A stretch of DNA of 64,000 nt. Origin: Cetorhinus maximus (taxonomy: Eukaryota). The stretch covers positions 36,208,001 to 36,272,000 of the forward strand of contig NC_135880.1 in NCBI RefSeq assembly GCF_964194155.1. Reading direction: 5' to 3'. Both the position numbers and the translations under genes were made by a program. Below, piece after piece: positions 23,856 through 36,637 of this stretch (positions are counted from its first letter, which is position 1; the number at the start of each line of letters is the position of its first letter). The notes under the pieces are model-generated. The model did not search any database. It saw only the letters and a list, made by a program, of their open reading frames with translations, and was not told the origin of the DNA.

Positions 23856-26800
23856 TTTTTTATTCATTCCAGGGATGTGGGCTTCGCTGGCTGTGCCAGA
23901 ATTTATTGCCCATCCCTAATTGCCCTTGAGAAGGTGTTGGTGAGCTGCTGCCTTGAACCGCTGAAGTCCATGTGGTGTAGGTACACCCACAGTGCTGTTA
24001 GGAAGGGAGTTCCAGGATTTTGACCCAGTGACAGTGAAGGAACGGTGGAGATATATTTCCAAGTCAGGATGGTGAATTACTTGGAGGGGAACTTCCAGGT
24101 GGTGGTGTTCCCATTTATCTGCTGCCCTTGTCTTTCTAGGTGGTTGTGGGTTTGGAAGGTGCTGCCTAAGGAGCCTTGGTGAATTCCTGCAGTGCATTTT
24201 GTAGATGGTACACAATGCTGCCACTGTGCGTCGGTGGTGGAGGGAGTGAATGTTTGTGGATGTGGTGCCAATCAAGTGGGTTGCTTTGTCCTGGATGGTT
24301 TCCAGCTTCGAGTGTTGTTGGAACTGCACTCGTCCAGGCAACTGGAGAGTATTCCATCACACTCGTGACTTGGACAGGCTTTGGGGAATCAGGAGGTGAG
24401 TTACTCGCCACAGGATTCCTAACCTCTGACCTGCTCTTGTAGCCACAATATTTATATGGCTAGTCCAGTTCAGTTTCTGGTCAATGGTAACCCCAGGTTG
24501 TCAATAGTGGGGGATTCAGTGATGGTAATGCCATTGAATGACAAGGAGTGATGGCTAGATCCTCTCTTGAGGAGATGGTCATTGCCTGACACTTGTGTGG
24601 CGCGAATGTTACTTGCAACTTGTCAGCCCAAGCCTTGATATTGTCCAGGCCTTTCTGCATTTGGGCATGGACTGCTTCCGTATCTGAGGAGTTGCGAACG
24701 GTACTGAACATTGTGCAATCATCAGCAAATATCTCCACTTCTGACCTTATGATAGAAGGAAGGTCATTGATGAAGCAGCTGAAGATAGTTGGGCTAAGGA
24801 TATTACTCTGAGGAACTCCTGCAGTGATGTCCTGGAACTAAGCTGATTGACCTCCAAGAACCACAACCATCTTCCTTTGTGCTAGGTATGACTCCAACCA
24901 GTGAACAGTTTTCCCACTGAATCCCATTGACTCCAGTTTGGCTCCTTGATGCCAAATCAGTCAAATACTGCCTTGATGTCAAGGGCAGTCACTCTCACTC
25001 TTGCCTCTGGAGTTCAGCTCTTTTGTCCATGTTTGAACCAAGGCTGTAATATGGTCAGGAGCTGACTGGCCCTGTTGGGACACAAACTGGGTGTTAGTGA
25101 GCAGCTTATTGCTAAGCAAGTGCTGTTTGATAGCACTCTTGATGCACGCGAACTAGGAGCAGCAGTGGGTCACTCGACCCTTCAAGCCTGCTCCGCCATT
25201 TAATATGATTGTGACTGATCTGATTGTAATATCCAGCCTACCCCCGATAACTTTTCACCCCTTGTTAATCAAGAATCTATCTACCTCTGCTTTTAAAAAT
25301 ATTCACCCCTTGTTAATCAAGAATCTATCTACCTCTGCCTTTAAAAATATTCACCCCTTGTTAATCAAGAATCTATCTACCTCTGCCTTTAAAAATATTC
25401 ACCCCTTGTTAATCAAGAATCTATCTACCTCTGCCTTTAAAAATATTCAAAGATCCTGCTTCCATGGCCTTTTGAGGAATAAAGTTCCAAGGACTCATGA
25501 CCCCCCAGAGAAAAAAATTTCTCCTCATCATTGTCTTAAATGAGCAACCCCTTATTTTTAAACCATGATCCCTAGTTCTAGATTCTCCCATAAGAGGAAA
25601 CATCCTCTCCACATCTACTCTTAAGATCCCCAGGATCTTAAAGGTTTTGATCAAGTCACCTCTTACTCTTCTAAAATCCAGTGGATACTAACCCCTTCCA
25701 TCACTTTATGATGATTGAGACTTGACTGATGGGTAGTAATTGGCTGGATTGGATTTGTCCTGCTTTGTGTACGGGATGTACTTGGGCAATTTTCCACATA
25801 ACCGGGTAGCTGCCAGTGTTGTAGTTGTACTGGAGCAGCTTAGTTTGAGACCTGGCAAGTTCTGGAGCACAGGTCTTTGGTACTATTGCTGGAATATTGC
25901 CAGGGCCCATAGCCTTTGCAGAATCCAGTGCCTTCAGCCGTTTCTTGATACCACGTGGAGTGAATCTAATTGGCCGAGGATTGACATCTGTGATGCTGGG
26001 GACCTCCGGAGGAGGCCGAGATGGATCATCCACTCAGCACTTCTGGCTGAAGATTGTTGCAAATGCTTCAGCCTTAATTTATGCACTTAAATGACCCCAT
26101 TCTGAAATGGTCACATGTGGAGCCGCCTCCTCCAGCGAGTTGTTTAATTGTCCACCACCATTCACGACTGAATGTGGCAAGACTGCAGAGCTTGGGTCTG
26201 ATCCACTGGATGTGGAATCTCTTTTCTGTCTATCGCTTGCAGCTTATGCTGTTTGGCACGTAAGTAGTCCTGTGTTGTAGCTTCACCAGGTTTTCCCCTC
26301 ATTTTTAGGTATGCCTGGTGCTGCCCCTGGCATGCCCTCCTGCACTCTTCTTTGAACCAGGGTTGATCCCCTGGCTTGGTAGTATTGGTAGAGAGGGATA
26401 TACCGGCATGAGGTTACAAATTGTGGTTGAGTATAATGCTGCTGCCGATGGCCCACAGCACCTCATGGATGCCCAGCCTTCAGTTGCTAGATCTGTTCGA
26501 CGCAGGGTATCCTCCAAGTATATGGAGGGTATCCTCGAAGTGATATTCAACATGGAGGAGTACTGATTCATGAGCTGGGGGTGTGTGGTGCTGGTATGTA
26601 ATAATCAGCAGGAGGTTTCCTTGCCCATGTTTGACCTGATTCCATGAGACTTCATAGGGTCCAGAGTCAACGGGACAACTCCCTCCCTCCTGTATACCAC
26701 TGTGCCACCACCTCTACTGGGTCTGCCCTGCTGGTGGGACATGGTGATGGTAGTGTCTGTAAGGGTTGATTCAGCGAGTATGACTGTTAGGCTGTTGTTT

Positions 26801-27010
26801 GACTTGTCTGTGGGACAGCTCTTGCAATTTTGGCACAAGCCCCCAGATATTAGTAAGGAGGACTTTGCAGGATCGACGGGGCTGAGTTTGCTGTTGTCGG
26901 TTCTGGTCTCTAGGTCGATGCCAGGTGGTCTACCGCTTTTTGTTCCTTTTAGACTTTCTAGCCAATTGATACAACGGAGTCAACCACATTGCTGTGGGTT
27001 TGGAGTCGCA
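23855..27010 (-). mobile_element. Second non-LTR LINE family (CR1-group), ~2.6 kb of degenerate ORF2, interrupted by a CR1 3' end at ~25148-25690
   Basis: VILAESTLTD..SRGGGTVVY (endonuclease), KAMGPGNIPAIVPKTCAPELA, IFADDCTMFS, SVMEYSPVAW, KLETIQDKA..HSLHHRRTVAALCTIYKMHC, then the 3' tail and A-rich end at ~23855. Confidence 0.85.
25254..25449. repeat. Tandem array, 4 x 48 bp, inside a CR1 3' end
   Basis: Unit TTCACCCCTTGTTAATCAAGAATCTATCTACCTCTGCCTTTAAAAATA; one mismatch in the first unit; ends on TTCA microhomology. Confidence 0.95.
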
Positions 27011-27250
27011 TGCAGGCCAGACCAGGTAAGAACAGCAGATTTTGTTCCCTAGAGGGCATTAGTGAACTAGATGGGTCTTTACAACATTCAACAATTATTT
27101 CATGGTCATCATTAGACTTTTAATTCTACATTTTTTTTAATTCAAATTCCACCATCTGCCATGGTGGGATTCAAACCCAGGCCCCCAGAGCATTACCCTG
27201 GGTGTCTGGATTACTAGTCTAGTCTAGATAATACCACTACGCCACTGCCT
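27010..27250 (-). mobile_element. tRNA-derived SINE 5' part
   Basis: Reverse complement GGAGGCAGTGGCGTAGTGGTATT..GGTTTGAATCCCACCATGGCAGATGGTGGAATTT; same family as 1581 and 37187. Confidence 0.8.
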
Positions 27251-29744
27251 CCCTGTTGCCCACCTAATGAGGGCTCTTGTTGATTTGTCCAATAACAAAC
27301 TAGAACCTGCCTCTTTTGAGAAGGCTGGTGATAGTTTAGCAGTCTTTTTTTCTGAGTCAAAGTGGCACTAAGACCATGTAATGATGGAAATTCAGTAACA
27401 AATGAATTTCGATTTTTTTTGTAACTTTTTGACCCATGGAAAATTTCATTAAAAAAAAAAGCAAAATACTGACAAATATTTCTCCTATCACAGAGGGAGT
27501 ATCTATTTAAGTGGCTGCCCACAGTAGAATCAATTCATTGAGATGGATGGAAAGCATAAGTATGTTATAAAGGTTGAGCATTGCCTAGTTTTGGTTTCTG
27601 TACTAAGTACTTCTGTGCAGTGTATCGAATTATATTTAGCAGCATTCATACTCTATCATGGTTTGGCATTTCTGGGAATAGTGGGTACAGTTTCATGATC
27701 CACAATGTTTTTGTTCTTAAAGTAAATGCTTCTTAATAAAAATTGTGGGTAACGGGCAACAGTTACGTTTGTGATTATATATTTATATGTATTTTTTAAT
27801 GTGTAAATTTAATTTTGAGGGGTCAGCCAATATCTCTATCCTGAAACTGGGTTCCTGGCCAGGATATGGATTGTTGATCCTACTGTATACTGGATCCAAC
27901 CTTGAGCTAGTAGTCAAATCCCACTACTGTGGATACACTCCAGTAGCAATATAAATAAATGCAAGTTTTTTTCTCTAACTTTTTAATATCTGTAGGAATT
28001 TACAAAGCAGTTCACAGTTAATGAAGTATAGTCACTTGTTATGTATACAAACCCAGCAGTCAATTTGCACAGAGCAAGGCACCACAAAGAGCAATGAGAT
28101 AACTGACCTGTTTTTCGTGGTGTTGATTGAGCAGACAAATTGGCTATGTTATATTATGCCCCCTAAACAATGCAGTACTGCACTATGTCAGTCTAGCTTG
28201 TGTGTTCAAGGTCATGAATCCAAGATCTATGCTTCCCAGTGAAAACACTGACACTTTGACTTTTAAGTTGCAGTCCTCATTATTGCATGCCACAGTGGCA
28301 CTCTTGTTCAGTGACCCTCGAGTGAAATTTTAAAAAAGGAAAAGGTAGAGTCACATGCTGCAATACCAGCAACTGTTCAAAGTGGGATTTTCAATAATTG
28401 CTTTATAGTACTATGATTCCACCTTCATTCATAAAGATATAGGGAATAGCTTTTCCTGGAAAACCCTAATCAATTGTGCTTTTGCTTTTAAAAATGGAAA
28501 ATTGGCCAAAGCTTAAATTCACCTTAACGTTTGGCATAGTGGCTGAGTTGGCCAGTGAATTCAAATTTTCATACTGCACCATCTAGTTTTGAGCCATATC
28601 AAAAAAGTCTTGAGTTTGATTCAAACATGTTCTGAGTTAGCTGATCTCCCATACATAGTGAAAGGGATTAATACAGTTAGCCTCAGTTCCAGGATTAGGA
28701 AAGCAGAAAAACAATCCAATAATTCTTGCTGGACAGTACTGTGTGTGTATTTTGGGTGAAGACCAAATAGAGCTTGCTGTTACTTATTACCCCATGTGCA
28801 TGATGAGGAATATTAAAGGAGATGGGAAATTTAGCAGGATAGTGGGGTTTCACTAGGGGCTTGTGGTGAAAAGTAGTAACACAGACTTAGTGATCCAACT
28901 GGCCTACTCCCATAGTGTAACATTTAATTACTCTTGATTCACGCATGAAGAATGGCAATTTGGGCAAGTTACTGATGGCTGCTAAAGTAAACATCTTCCA
29001 AAAAGGCAAGAAAATTCCAGGGTGGTAATGATAATGCAGCTAATATGTCTTGCTGCGGTTTAATTTCCCCAAAATGTTTTGGTTGCATCTCGGCTTTGCT
29101 ATTTATAGTTTCTTGGAGCAAGTCAACTGCAGCCTCGTTTGAGAAGAGGGGAAGGAGAGGACCAAGTTGACTCAGTTGCTGATGTACCCTTCCTAATAGG
29201 TTTAAAGTGGGTTTGATAGAGCCACAGAGAAATCATCAGTCACTGCTCCCCCCCCCCCCCCCCCCCCAACCACACCTCCCACCCCTACTCCTCTCAACCA
29301 AGAATGGCATGGGAGATTTCATAGCCGGAGAAGCCAACGCACATTTAGTGATTTCTTAAATACAAATTAAACTGTGTAACTAAGACAAATCTGGAGTAAT
29401 TAAGGCTTTAACTTGCAGAATGATTTGATTTCAGTCAAATATGGCCTTGAGCACTAATTTATTGCTACTGTGCATATTTTTGGAGATGAAAGTAGATCCT
29501 CTCTTTTAATTTTTTTTCAGGTAAAATAAAATACATGAACTTTGCAGCTTGCTTATCCCTAGTGATATTTAGCATTTTGATCATACACTGGAAAGATATA
29601 ACTAGCACAAGTTAAATAAAGTAATTTGACTTACCTTATAACTCAGGTCCTCCTTTTGGAATTTCCATTAAGTTTTATTTAATGCTGTCATATTCTGCTG
29701 AATATGGAATCTCTCATTCTTTCCTGAAAACTTTAACAGATTCA

Positions 29745-30092
29745 AAAATTATGATGGGCATGGACAGGGTGGATAGGGAGCAGCTGTTTCCCTTAGTTGA
29801 AGGGTCAGTCATGAGGGGACATAAGTTCAAGGTGAGGGTCAGGAGGTTTAGGGGGGAATGTGAGGAAAAACTTTTTTACCCAGAGGATAGTGACTATCTG
29901 GAATACGCTGCCTGAGAGGGTGGTGGAGGCGGGTTGCCTCACATCCTTTAAAAAGTACCTGCTTGGCACATCATAACATTCAAGGCTATGGGCCAAGTGC
30001 TGGTAAATGGGATTAGGTAGGTCAGGTGTTTTTCACATGTCGGTGCAGACCCGATGGGCCGAAGGGCTTCTTCTGCACTGTTTGATTCTGTG
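29745..30092 (+). mobile_element. Young CR1 3' end
   Basis: KIMMGMDRVDREQLFPLVEGSVMRGHKFKVR; closely matches 13362-13725. Confidence 0.9.
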
Positions 30093-32689
30093 GAAAATAA
30101 CTGCACTAGATGGCAGTCTCAAGTCCCATTTTAACTTGATTGTAAAATAGCTCCTCAACTAATGTTTACATCTAATCTCTTGTAATTCACTCTGGTATTA
30201 CAAGATCCATTTTGTTTAATATGGCAAATTTAAGTTGGCTTAATTTGTCCTCGCTATTGTAATAAATTCAATTTTGGCCATAATGGGTAAGGAACAAGCT
30301 TAACTATAAGGAGATAATTATTTTCCTGAATTTGGGCACCCACAGAACTTTCTCCTCTCTCCATTGAATTGGTCTGAAAAACATAAGGTAGTTCCAGAGT
30401 GATTTTAAAAGCATGAACTTAATGAAAATCTGATTATTTCTGAATTTATATACCTAGTGTCCTGATTCTGTATAAAGGTACTGGATTCTTCTAACCTTGT
30501 GCAATACAGGGACCGGTTTTTTGCAGATAATCAGTTGGTTCTTTTATTCAGTCCCATTTTGTTAGCAGTTGTCTTGTCAATTTTCTATAATCTTTTGCTG
30601 TACATGCAAATGACTCCTGAAGAGCAGGGATTTGTTTTACAATTTTTTACACTCAAAATTGCAGTGCGAAGTAGTTAATGACTAATTCTTGGGCACTGAC
30701 AATAGTAATCAATGCACAGACTTTAACTGGTTACTTGATGAGAGTGATTGAATAAAATTATTTGCCGTGGCTTTGTTCCCGCCAATGGCCAATTTAAATT
30801 GGGAGTTCGATTGAGTGATGTGGGATGTTCAGGTTGTGTGCCAAATAAGCATAACAAGCTCACCATAATTTGCAGCTAATTGTGAACTTTGGTCTTGCAT
30901 ACAGGAAATGAATGGTAGTCTTGTTGCCATCATTGATAATTCAGTGAGAAAGCCAAAATCTAGAAACTTTTAACCTTTCTGGATTAAATTACCCAAAAAG
31001 GTGAACCTGCAGTTTACCTTAAAGATTGGCATTAACTTGGTGCCTTTCGTGACCTCAGGATATCCCAATGTCCTTTATAGCCAATTAAGTACTTTGAAGG
31101 GTAGACACTCTTGTAATATAGGAAATGAGTTGCATTTTTACTGATGATGGGAAAGGGAATGGCATATGGAAGTTTTGAATGAACCCATTTCAGTTGCCAG
31201 TATGATGGAGCAGTAATGCTCTAGGCTCCTTTCTAAGCAGGAACCAAGGGACTTTGCTTACAGCACAACAGTTCATGTTCAGAATATAAATGATGTAATC
31301 AGCAGATGGTCTCTTGGAGTTACTGTATGTTTTGCTGAACGGAATGAACATGTATGCTGTTGGAGAATCTAAAGCTGGGGTTGTGGCTCATGTTAGCAAA
31401 ATTTCAACCCTGTCATGCATCTGTCTAAGTTTCCATGTGGATAGTTCAAAGACAATATGAGTATCAGTCCTCAATTTACATGTGGTAGGAGATATCTAAC
31501 TCAAAACGAATACCTAACTCTTCAAAAATGCAACCTATTCAGAATTTAATCTCCTGTGAAAAAATTTGTCACTTTTGAGGACTGTTAAAATACTTTTGTA
31601 CTTGCATTGCATTCAGTTGCAGCTTAAATGTATAATGTATTCTATGAATACATTTCAAGGACTTGTCCTTTTCATTTCATTTCAAACTTTTCATCTAATT
31701 ATTGTGATTCTTGGCAGATTACTTTCATGGGGCCAAACCTTCCTTTGAGGGGAAAAAAAGACAATGCACGACCCATGCCATTATTAATAAGCAAATTAAC
31801 AGCAAGCTTGGAGGAAGAGATGCACTGAGTTGCAGATCTCCAGAACTTGCTGATTAATTTGTGCCACTTACCATTTGCTTTAACAAATCTCTCCCGTAGA
31901 TGCAACTTTGGAGCTTACTGGATTTGCACATCAATTGCCCATTCAACTCTCTGCAGAAATTTGAGGCTCGTAAATAGCTGCAGAAATACCCCTTTAATTC
32001 CTTATAATTGTTAATGCAATGCCAATCCATCTCCCCAGCCAAAGAGGGAACAACTTAAACTGGTGTTTCATTCTTGCATGTAGTAAATTGTTCTTGGAGA
32101 TTTTAAAAATTAAATTAAAAAAAAAATTACTTCTCTTTTCCTCTCAAGCCAATCTTTCTTTCTCTTTCTGTACTTGATTTGACTCCAATTCTTCCTCATT
32201 CTCCATCAAAGGTGGTGAAAGGCTATCATGGATAGGCAGGAACATGGAGTTGAGGTTAAAATCAGATCGGCCATGATCTTATAGAATGGCAGAGCTGACT
32301 CAAGGGGCTGAGTGGCCTACTCCTAATTCGTATATTCATATTCCAGTTTCTTTATCATTCTTTTTTAAACCTCATTTGTTAAGGAGATTTAACTGGTCCT
32401 TTCATTTACTGTCCAAAACTTCATGCTGCCATCAGCTCATACCTGCAGCTAGTTGTGGCACAAAATTACATTCAACCTGAAGTGTGCAGGAAAACGTCTA
32501 ACAGTGCATGCCATAAGATGCTCTGGTCTGGCAAGATTTAGTCCATTAACTTTCTGCATTTAAGGTCCTATGACGCTTTCTGTTTGTGCAGAAGGTTATT
32601 CTCATTTAGATAATTCAGTGCTAATTCTATCCTGTGGGCTATCATTGGAAGGTTGGATAGTCGTTCTGTTGGAGCATTCTTCCTACTGT

Positions 32690-33900
32690 AACTTTTACTG
32701 CACAAAGGACATGTATTTGCATCAATTCTCATTGTTTGAGGATTGCACTTTACTTCGTAAAATGGTAACTGCCGTTGGGGACAAAGTGATTGCAAAAATG
32801 CAGGGCCAATAGGAGATGGCATTCAATGGCAAAAATGCTGTATGCATCACCAACGCAAAGGATCCATCAACAGGTAGCTTTTTAAGTTGTTATATAATCA
32901 AATTCTCCAACAATTAGATATACAACCATACCTGGGGGTTCATCTTAAAAGCAATCCTAAATGGGGCTTCTGCATTCAGCAGAAAGCAGCTAAATCAAAC
33001 AGGGTCCTTGGAACTCTGACGAGGGACCTTTGGTATTGCAACAAATTAATCAGTTATAGCTTAACAAACAATTATTCGTCCAATCCTGGAGTATGCAAGT
33101 TGTGTGTGGGATCCCTATATGGCATAAGATTATAAATAAGATTGAAGCGACCCAAAGACTTTCTGCACGAATGAATATGGGAAATAGTGTCACATCCTTG
33201 ATCACGACAGCAAAGGAGAGGAATAAATAGACTGACCATGTTCTATAAAATATGGAATAAAATCAAAGTACTGGAAAAAAAAACTCGGGAGTTAGAAGGG
33301 GTGTGGTGTCTGGCAGCATCTGTGGAGAGAGAAACAGTTAACATTTCAAGTCCAATAGGACTTTTCGGAATATATTTCACCACATTTCTACTTGCCTTTA
33401 GCTCTGAAGACGAGTCATACAGACTCGAAACGTTAACTGCCTTTTTTTCCACAGATGCTGTCAGACCTGCTGAGTTTTTCCAGCATTTTTTGTTTTTGTT
33501 TCAGATTTCCAGCATCCGCAGTGTTTTGCCTTTATGACTCTTCGGAACTTTGGTTCCAAAAGACAGTCGTATTGTACTCAACATTAACTCCATGGATGCT
33601 GCCAGACCTGCTGAGTTTTCCAGCACTTTGCTTTGTTTTCCGATCTCCAGCATCTGTAGTCTTTTGCTTCTATAAAATATGGAATGGGCTGGTGGGGATT
33701 GACAAACAAGTATCTGCAAGCCTCCAGCAAAGACAAAACATGAGGTAGCCATCCACACAAACTACAGACCATTTGTCTCCAAGACAGTGTATCAACAATC
33801 TATCTTCTCAAGGACAATCCCACAATGGAACAAGCTGCCAAAGGAAATAGTCACAGCCCCATCACTTGAAATCTTCAAGACCCGTCTTAAGATTATTTCC
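32690..33900 (+). mobile_element. Old non-LTR retrotransposon RT C-terminus of a third family, split by a Penelope pLTR cluster
   Basis: PYLGVHLKSNPKW..KAAKSNRVLGTL, RLTMFYKIWN|GLVGID, YQQSIFSRTIPQWNKLPKEIVTAPSLEIFKTRL. Confidence 0.75.
33259..33667. mobile_element. Composite of inverted and tandem Penelope pLTRs
   Basis: Perfect 18-bp TSD TTCTATAAAATATGGAAT (33241-33258; 33668-33685). One minus pLTR is followed by two plus pLTRs. Hammerhead core CTGAAGA-C-GAGTC(ATACA)GACTC-GAAA-CGTT-AACT at 33404-33438. Confidence 0.85.
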
Positions 33901-34791
33901 ATTTATAAGTTTTTATTATCAGGACTACCATTTCAGCAGGTCATACCTGGTTCCACTACCCATATAAATGTTGGCGGAATACCAGATATTAGCCTGTGAT
34001 GCTGACACAACTAAAGCAGAAAAGAAAGCTTAACATCTTACTAAGATTCTAAAGACATTAAATTGAAGCTTTCATCACCACAGAGCTAAGTATACCATTG
34101 ATTCTTAACTTTCTCGTGCTAATAAACCGTTTTTGATTTGGTTATATTTCTCTACTCAAATGAAAAAACAAAGCTGGGGACTGAGGAAGCAGCAGGCTTA
34201 ATGAGCTAAATGGCCTTTACCTTATAATTTGCTGATCATCCTAATCACGCGTGCAACTTAAATTTCCTTGTATCAAAATGCAACTTAAATTCCTGGGTAA
34301 TAAAGTGCAGAATGTAATTTTTTCAAAGGAATAAGGTTTGAATAGTTCAGGGTCCTATATTGCATTCTATCACAGGATGAGAGCAAAAAATTACTACTCA
34401 ACTCTCTTAGCCCCACCCCATCTTCCCATCCCAATTAACTATCAATAGTGCTTTGCACTTTGTAATTTGCATTGTAGATATTTAAAATGCTAATCCAAAT
34501 TTTATTGCCTGGTTTAAGTGTTGCAATTACTGCAATCACCAATTAATATGCAAATTGTATGTAGGAATTCAGTGGCTGCTTGTGCCATTTGCAACTTTAC
34601 TGAGCCATACTTGCTGCTGTTAATGTAATATTGCAGAGCCTAGGTTAACTCAGGCTTCGCTTTAACTGTCTACTCACCCGTGTCTGTCAACCAAAGCTTT
34701 CAATTTGGTTAATCCTGGGACTAGTGACCAAATACTCCGCCTTGCAGCCCTCTAGGTTGTCCTTCCATAGCACAAACATTTGGATACATGT

Positions 34792-34913
34792 ATAAAAACA
34801 AAAAGCTAAAAGCTACTGCGGATGCTGGAAATCCAAAACAAAAACAGAATTACCTGGAAAAACTCAGCAGGTCTGGCAGCATCGGCGGAGAAGAAATCAG
34901 TTAACGTTTTTTG
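34792..34913 (-). mobile_element. Solo Penelope pLTR insertion, truncated within the hammerhead
   Basis: Perfect 14-bp TSD ATTTGGATACATGT (34778-34791; 34914-34927); near-identical to the reverse complement of 43446-43568. Confidence 0.9.
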
Positions 34914-36637
34914 ATTTGGATACATGTGGCTGCCGCCTTGCTCATTTGATTGGACTGTCTTTTATTTTGGTTTTTAAAATGACCTCCTTTTGAAAAGTAT
35001 ATAATAATATTGGGATTTAAGTGTCAAAAGTTGCTGAACCCAAGCTTTGTAATCCTAATTAATTTAGCAGGAGTTATAATTGTTGCTGTTTAATGAATTG
35101 TGCTGGAAGAATGAGCAAATTGTGAGATTTCCACGTTCAGTATAAAATAACAAAAGACAATGTAGCCTTAGGCTGCTTCTTCACATTGTATCTAATCAGT
35201 GTCAAAAGCCATTCATATCCTTTGAAAAGTGAAGGTATTATCATCAACATAAAAATTGAATCCTTCAATTTTAGGAATCCAGGGTCTCCATTATTTATCA
35301 TTATAACTCCTTTTGAGTATAGGAAATTAAAATCCTCTTAACATGCACTCCATCCTCCAGCAGAGAGCATATGTTGGATCTCTGGCTGAAGTTGGGGTGG
35401 AGGTCTTGAGCAGTGAGGATGGGGTGTAACCTTTACCCCTCTTTTTAAAATTCCTTTCAGAGTGAACTCCAATCATTGCATCAAATAGATAGTAAGAGCC
35501 TTCAGGTCTTCAATTAAGGATCCTGCATTTTATAACTTTGTGTATCCCTCCCTTGCACTTTTTTTTGTTTCGACCTTTCTGCTTCCTCTCTGACCTCCAG
35601 CACGCCACCTCCCCCTCCCCCCCGCTCCCCCAAATCATGTACTTTCTCATTTGTGCCTTGGCAGTCACTACAGCTGAGTGATTATTAAATAGTAGAAGCA
35701 ACAACCCTAGCTTTTAACTGGAATATTTTACTTGTAGAGCTACAAAACCTTGATTGAGTTATTGCATCTGTACATTGAAATATTTGTGTTTAATACGGTC
35801 CACTTCAAGCTATTAACCAAGCGGTTCAGCTGCACTGTGACTGTAATCTTTCGAATTCCTACTTGCAGAAGTGGAATTGGAAGATGCAGAAAGGAGCAGC
35901 TTTATGTAGCTGCTGAAGCGTGGGCATCAAAATAAGCTAATCGATAGATTAGTAGCTTTGTAAACTTATTACATGAAACTGGAATTGCATCTTCTAATTG
36001 GAAGAGGATACAGTAAAGTAGGATGTAACTTACCATGTTTCCATGATGTGCTTAAAACCACATATTTAAAGATTTTTCTGGTAAGTGTTTTAAATGAACT
36101 GTGCTTGTAAAATGTGATCCCTATCTGGACTTGCTTTTGTGGGCGCTTTCAGAAGCTGATCGCAACAATTCAGTGTAATCATGTTAATTAGTTTAATTGC
36201 TCAACATCCAATGTTGGCTGCTTGCTTCCGTTCCTGATGTTTGTTTTGTGAGAGAGCTAATAATTTTGAAAAGTGATTTTTATGCATCCAGAAGAAGCTG
36301 AACTTATTTAACTTTTCAAATTCTTGCTCCAAGTTTTATTTTTTAAACACCAGTTGTAATTTCCACAGTGAAATGAATAGATGAAAGAAAGTGGTAGATA
36401 TATTTTGGAATAGGCAGTGGCTGTGATTGTGATGTCTTCAGGATTTAGTTTAATTTCCTTTTTAATCTGAGGGAAGGTGGAAAGAATCCTGGGTATTCTA
36501 AAATCCATTTTGAAAAATGCTGAATCAAGGTTAAATTTTTTTTTTCAATGTTGGATGATGCATTGTATATAATGGTAGGGTGTGATAACATAACTGGAAT
36601 GTTTTCATATATAGACAAAAATGCTGTTGAGTCACAA

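Noticed and set aside
25205-25543. ORF with repeated HPLLIKNLSTSAFKNI, or a CRISPR-like array
   Set aside because: Head-to-tail 48-bp tandem repeat without spacers, antisense to a CR1 tail, in a eukaryotic context.
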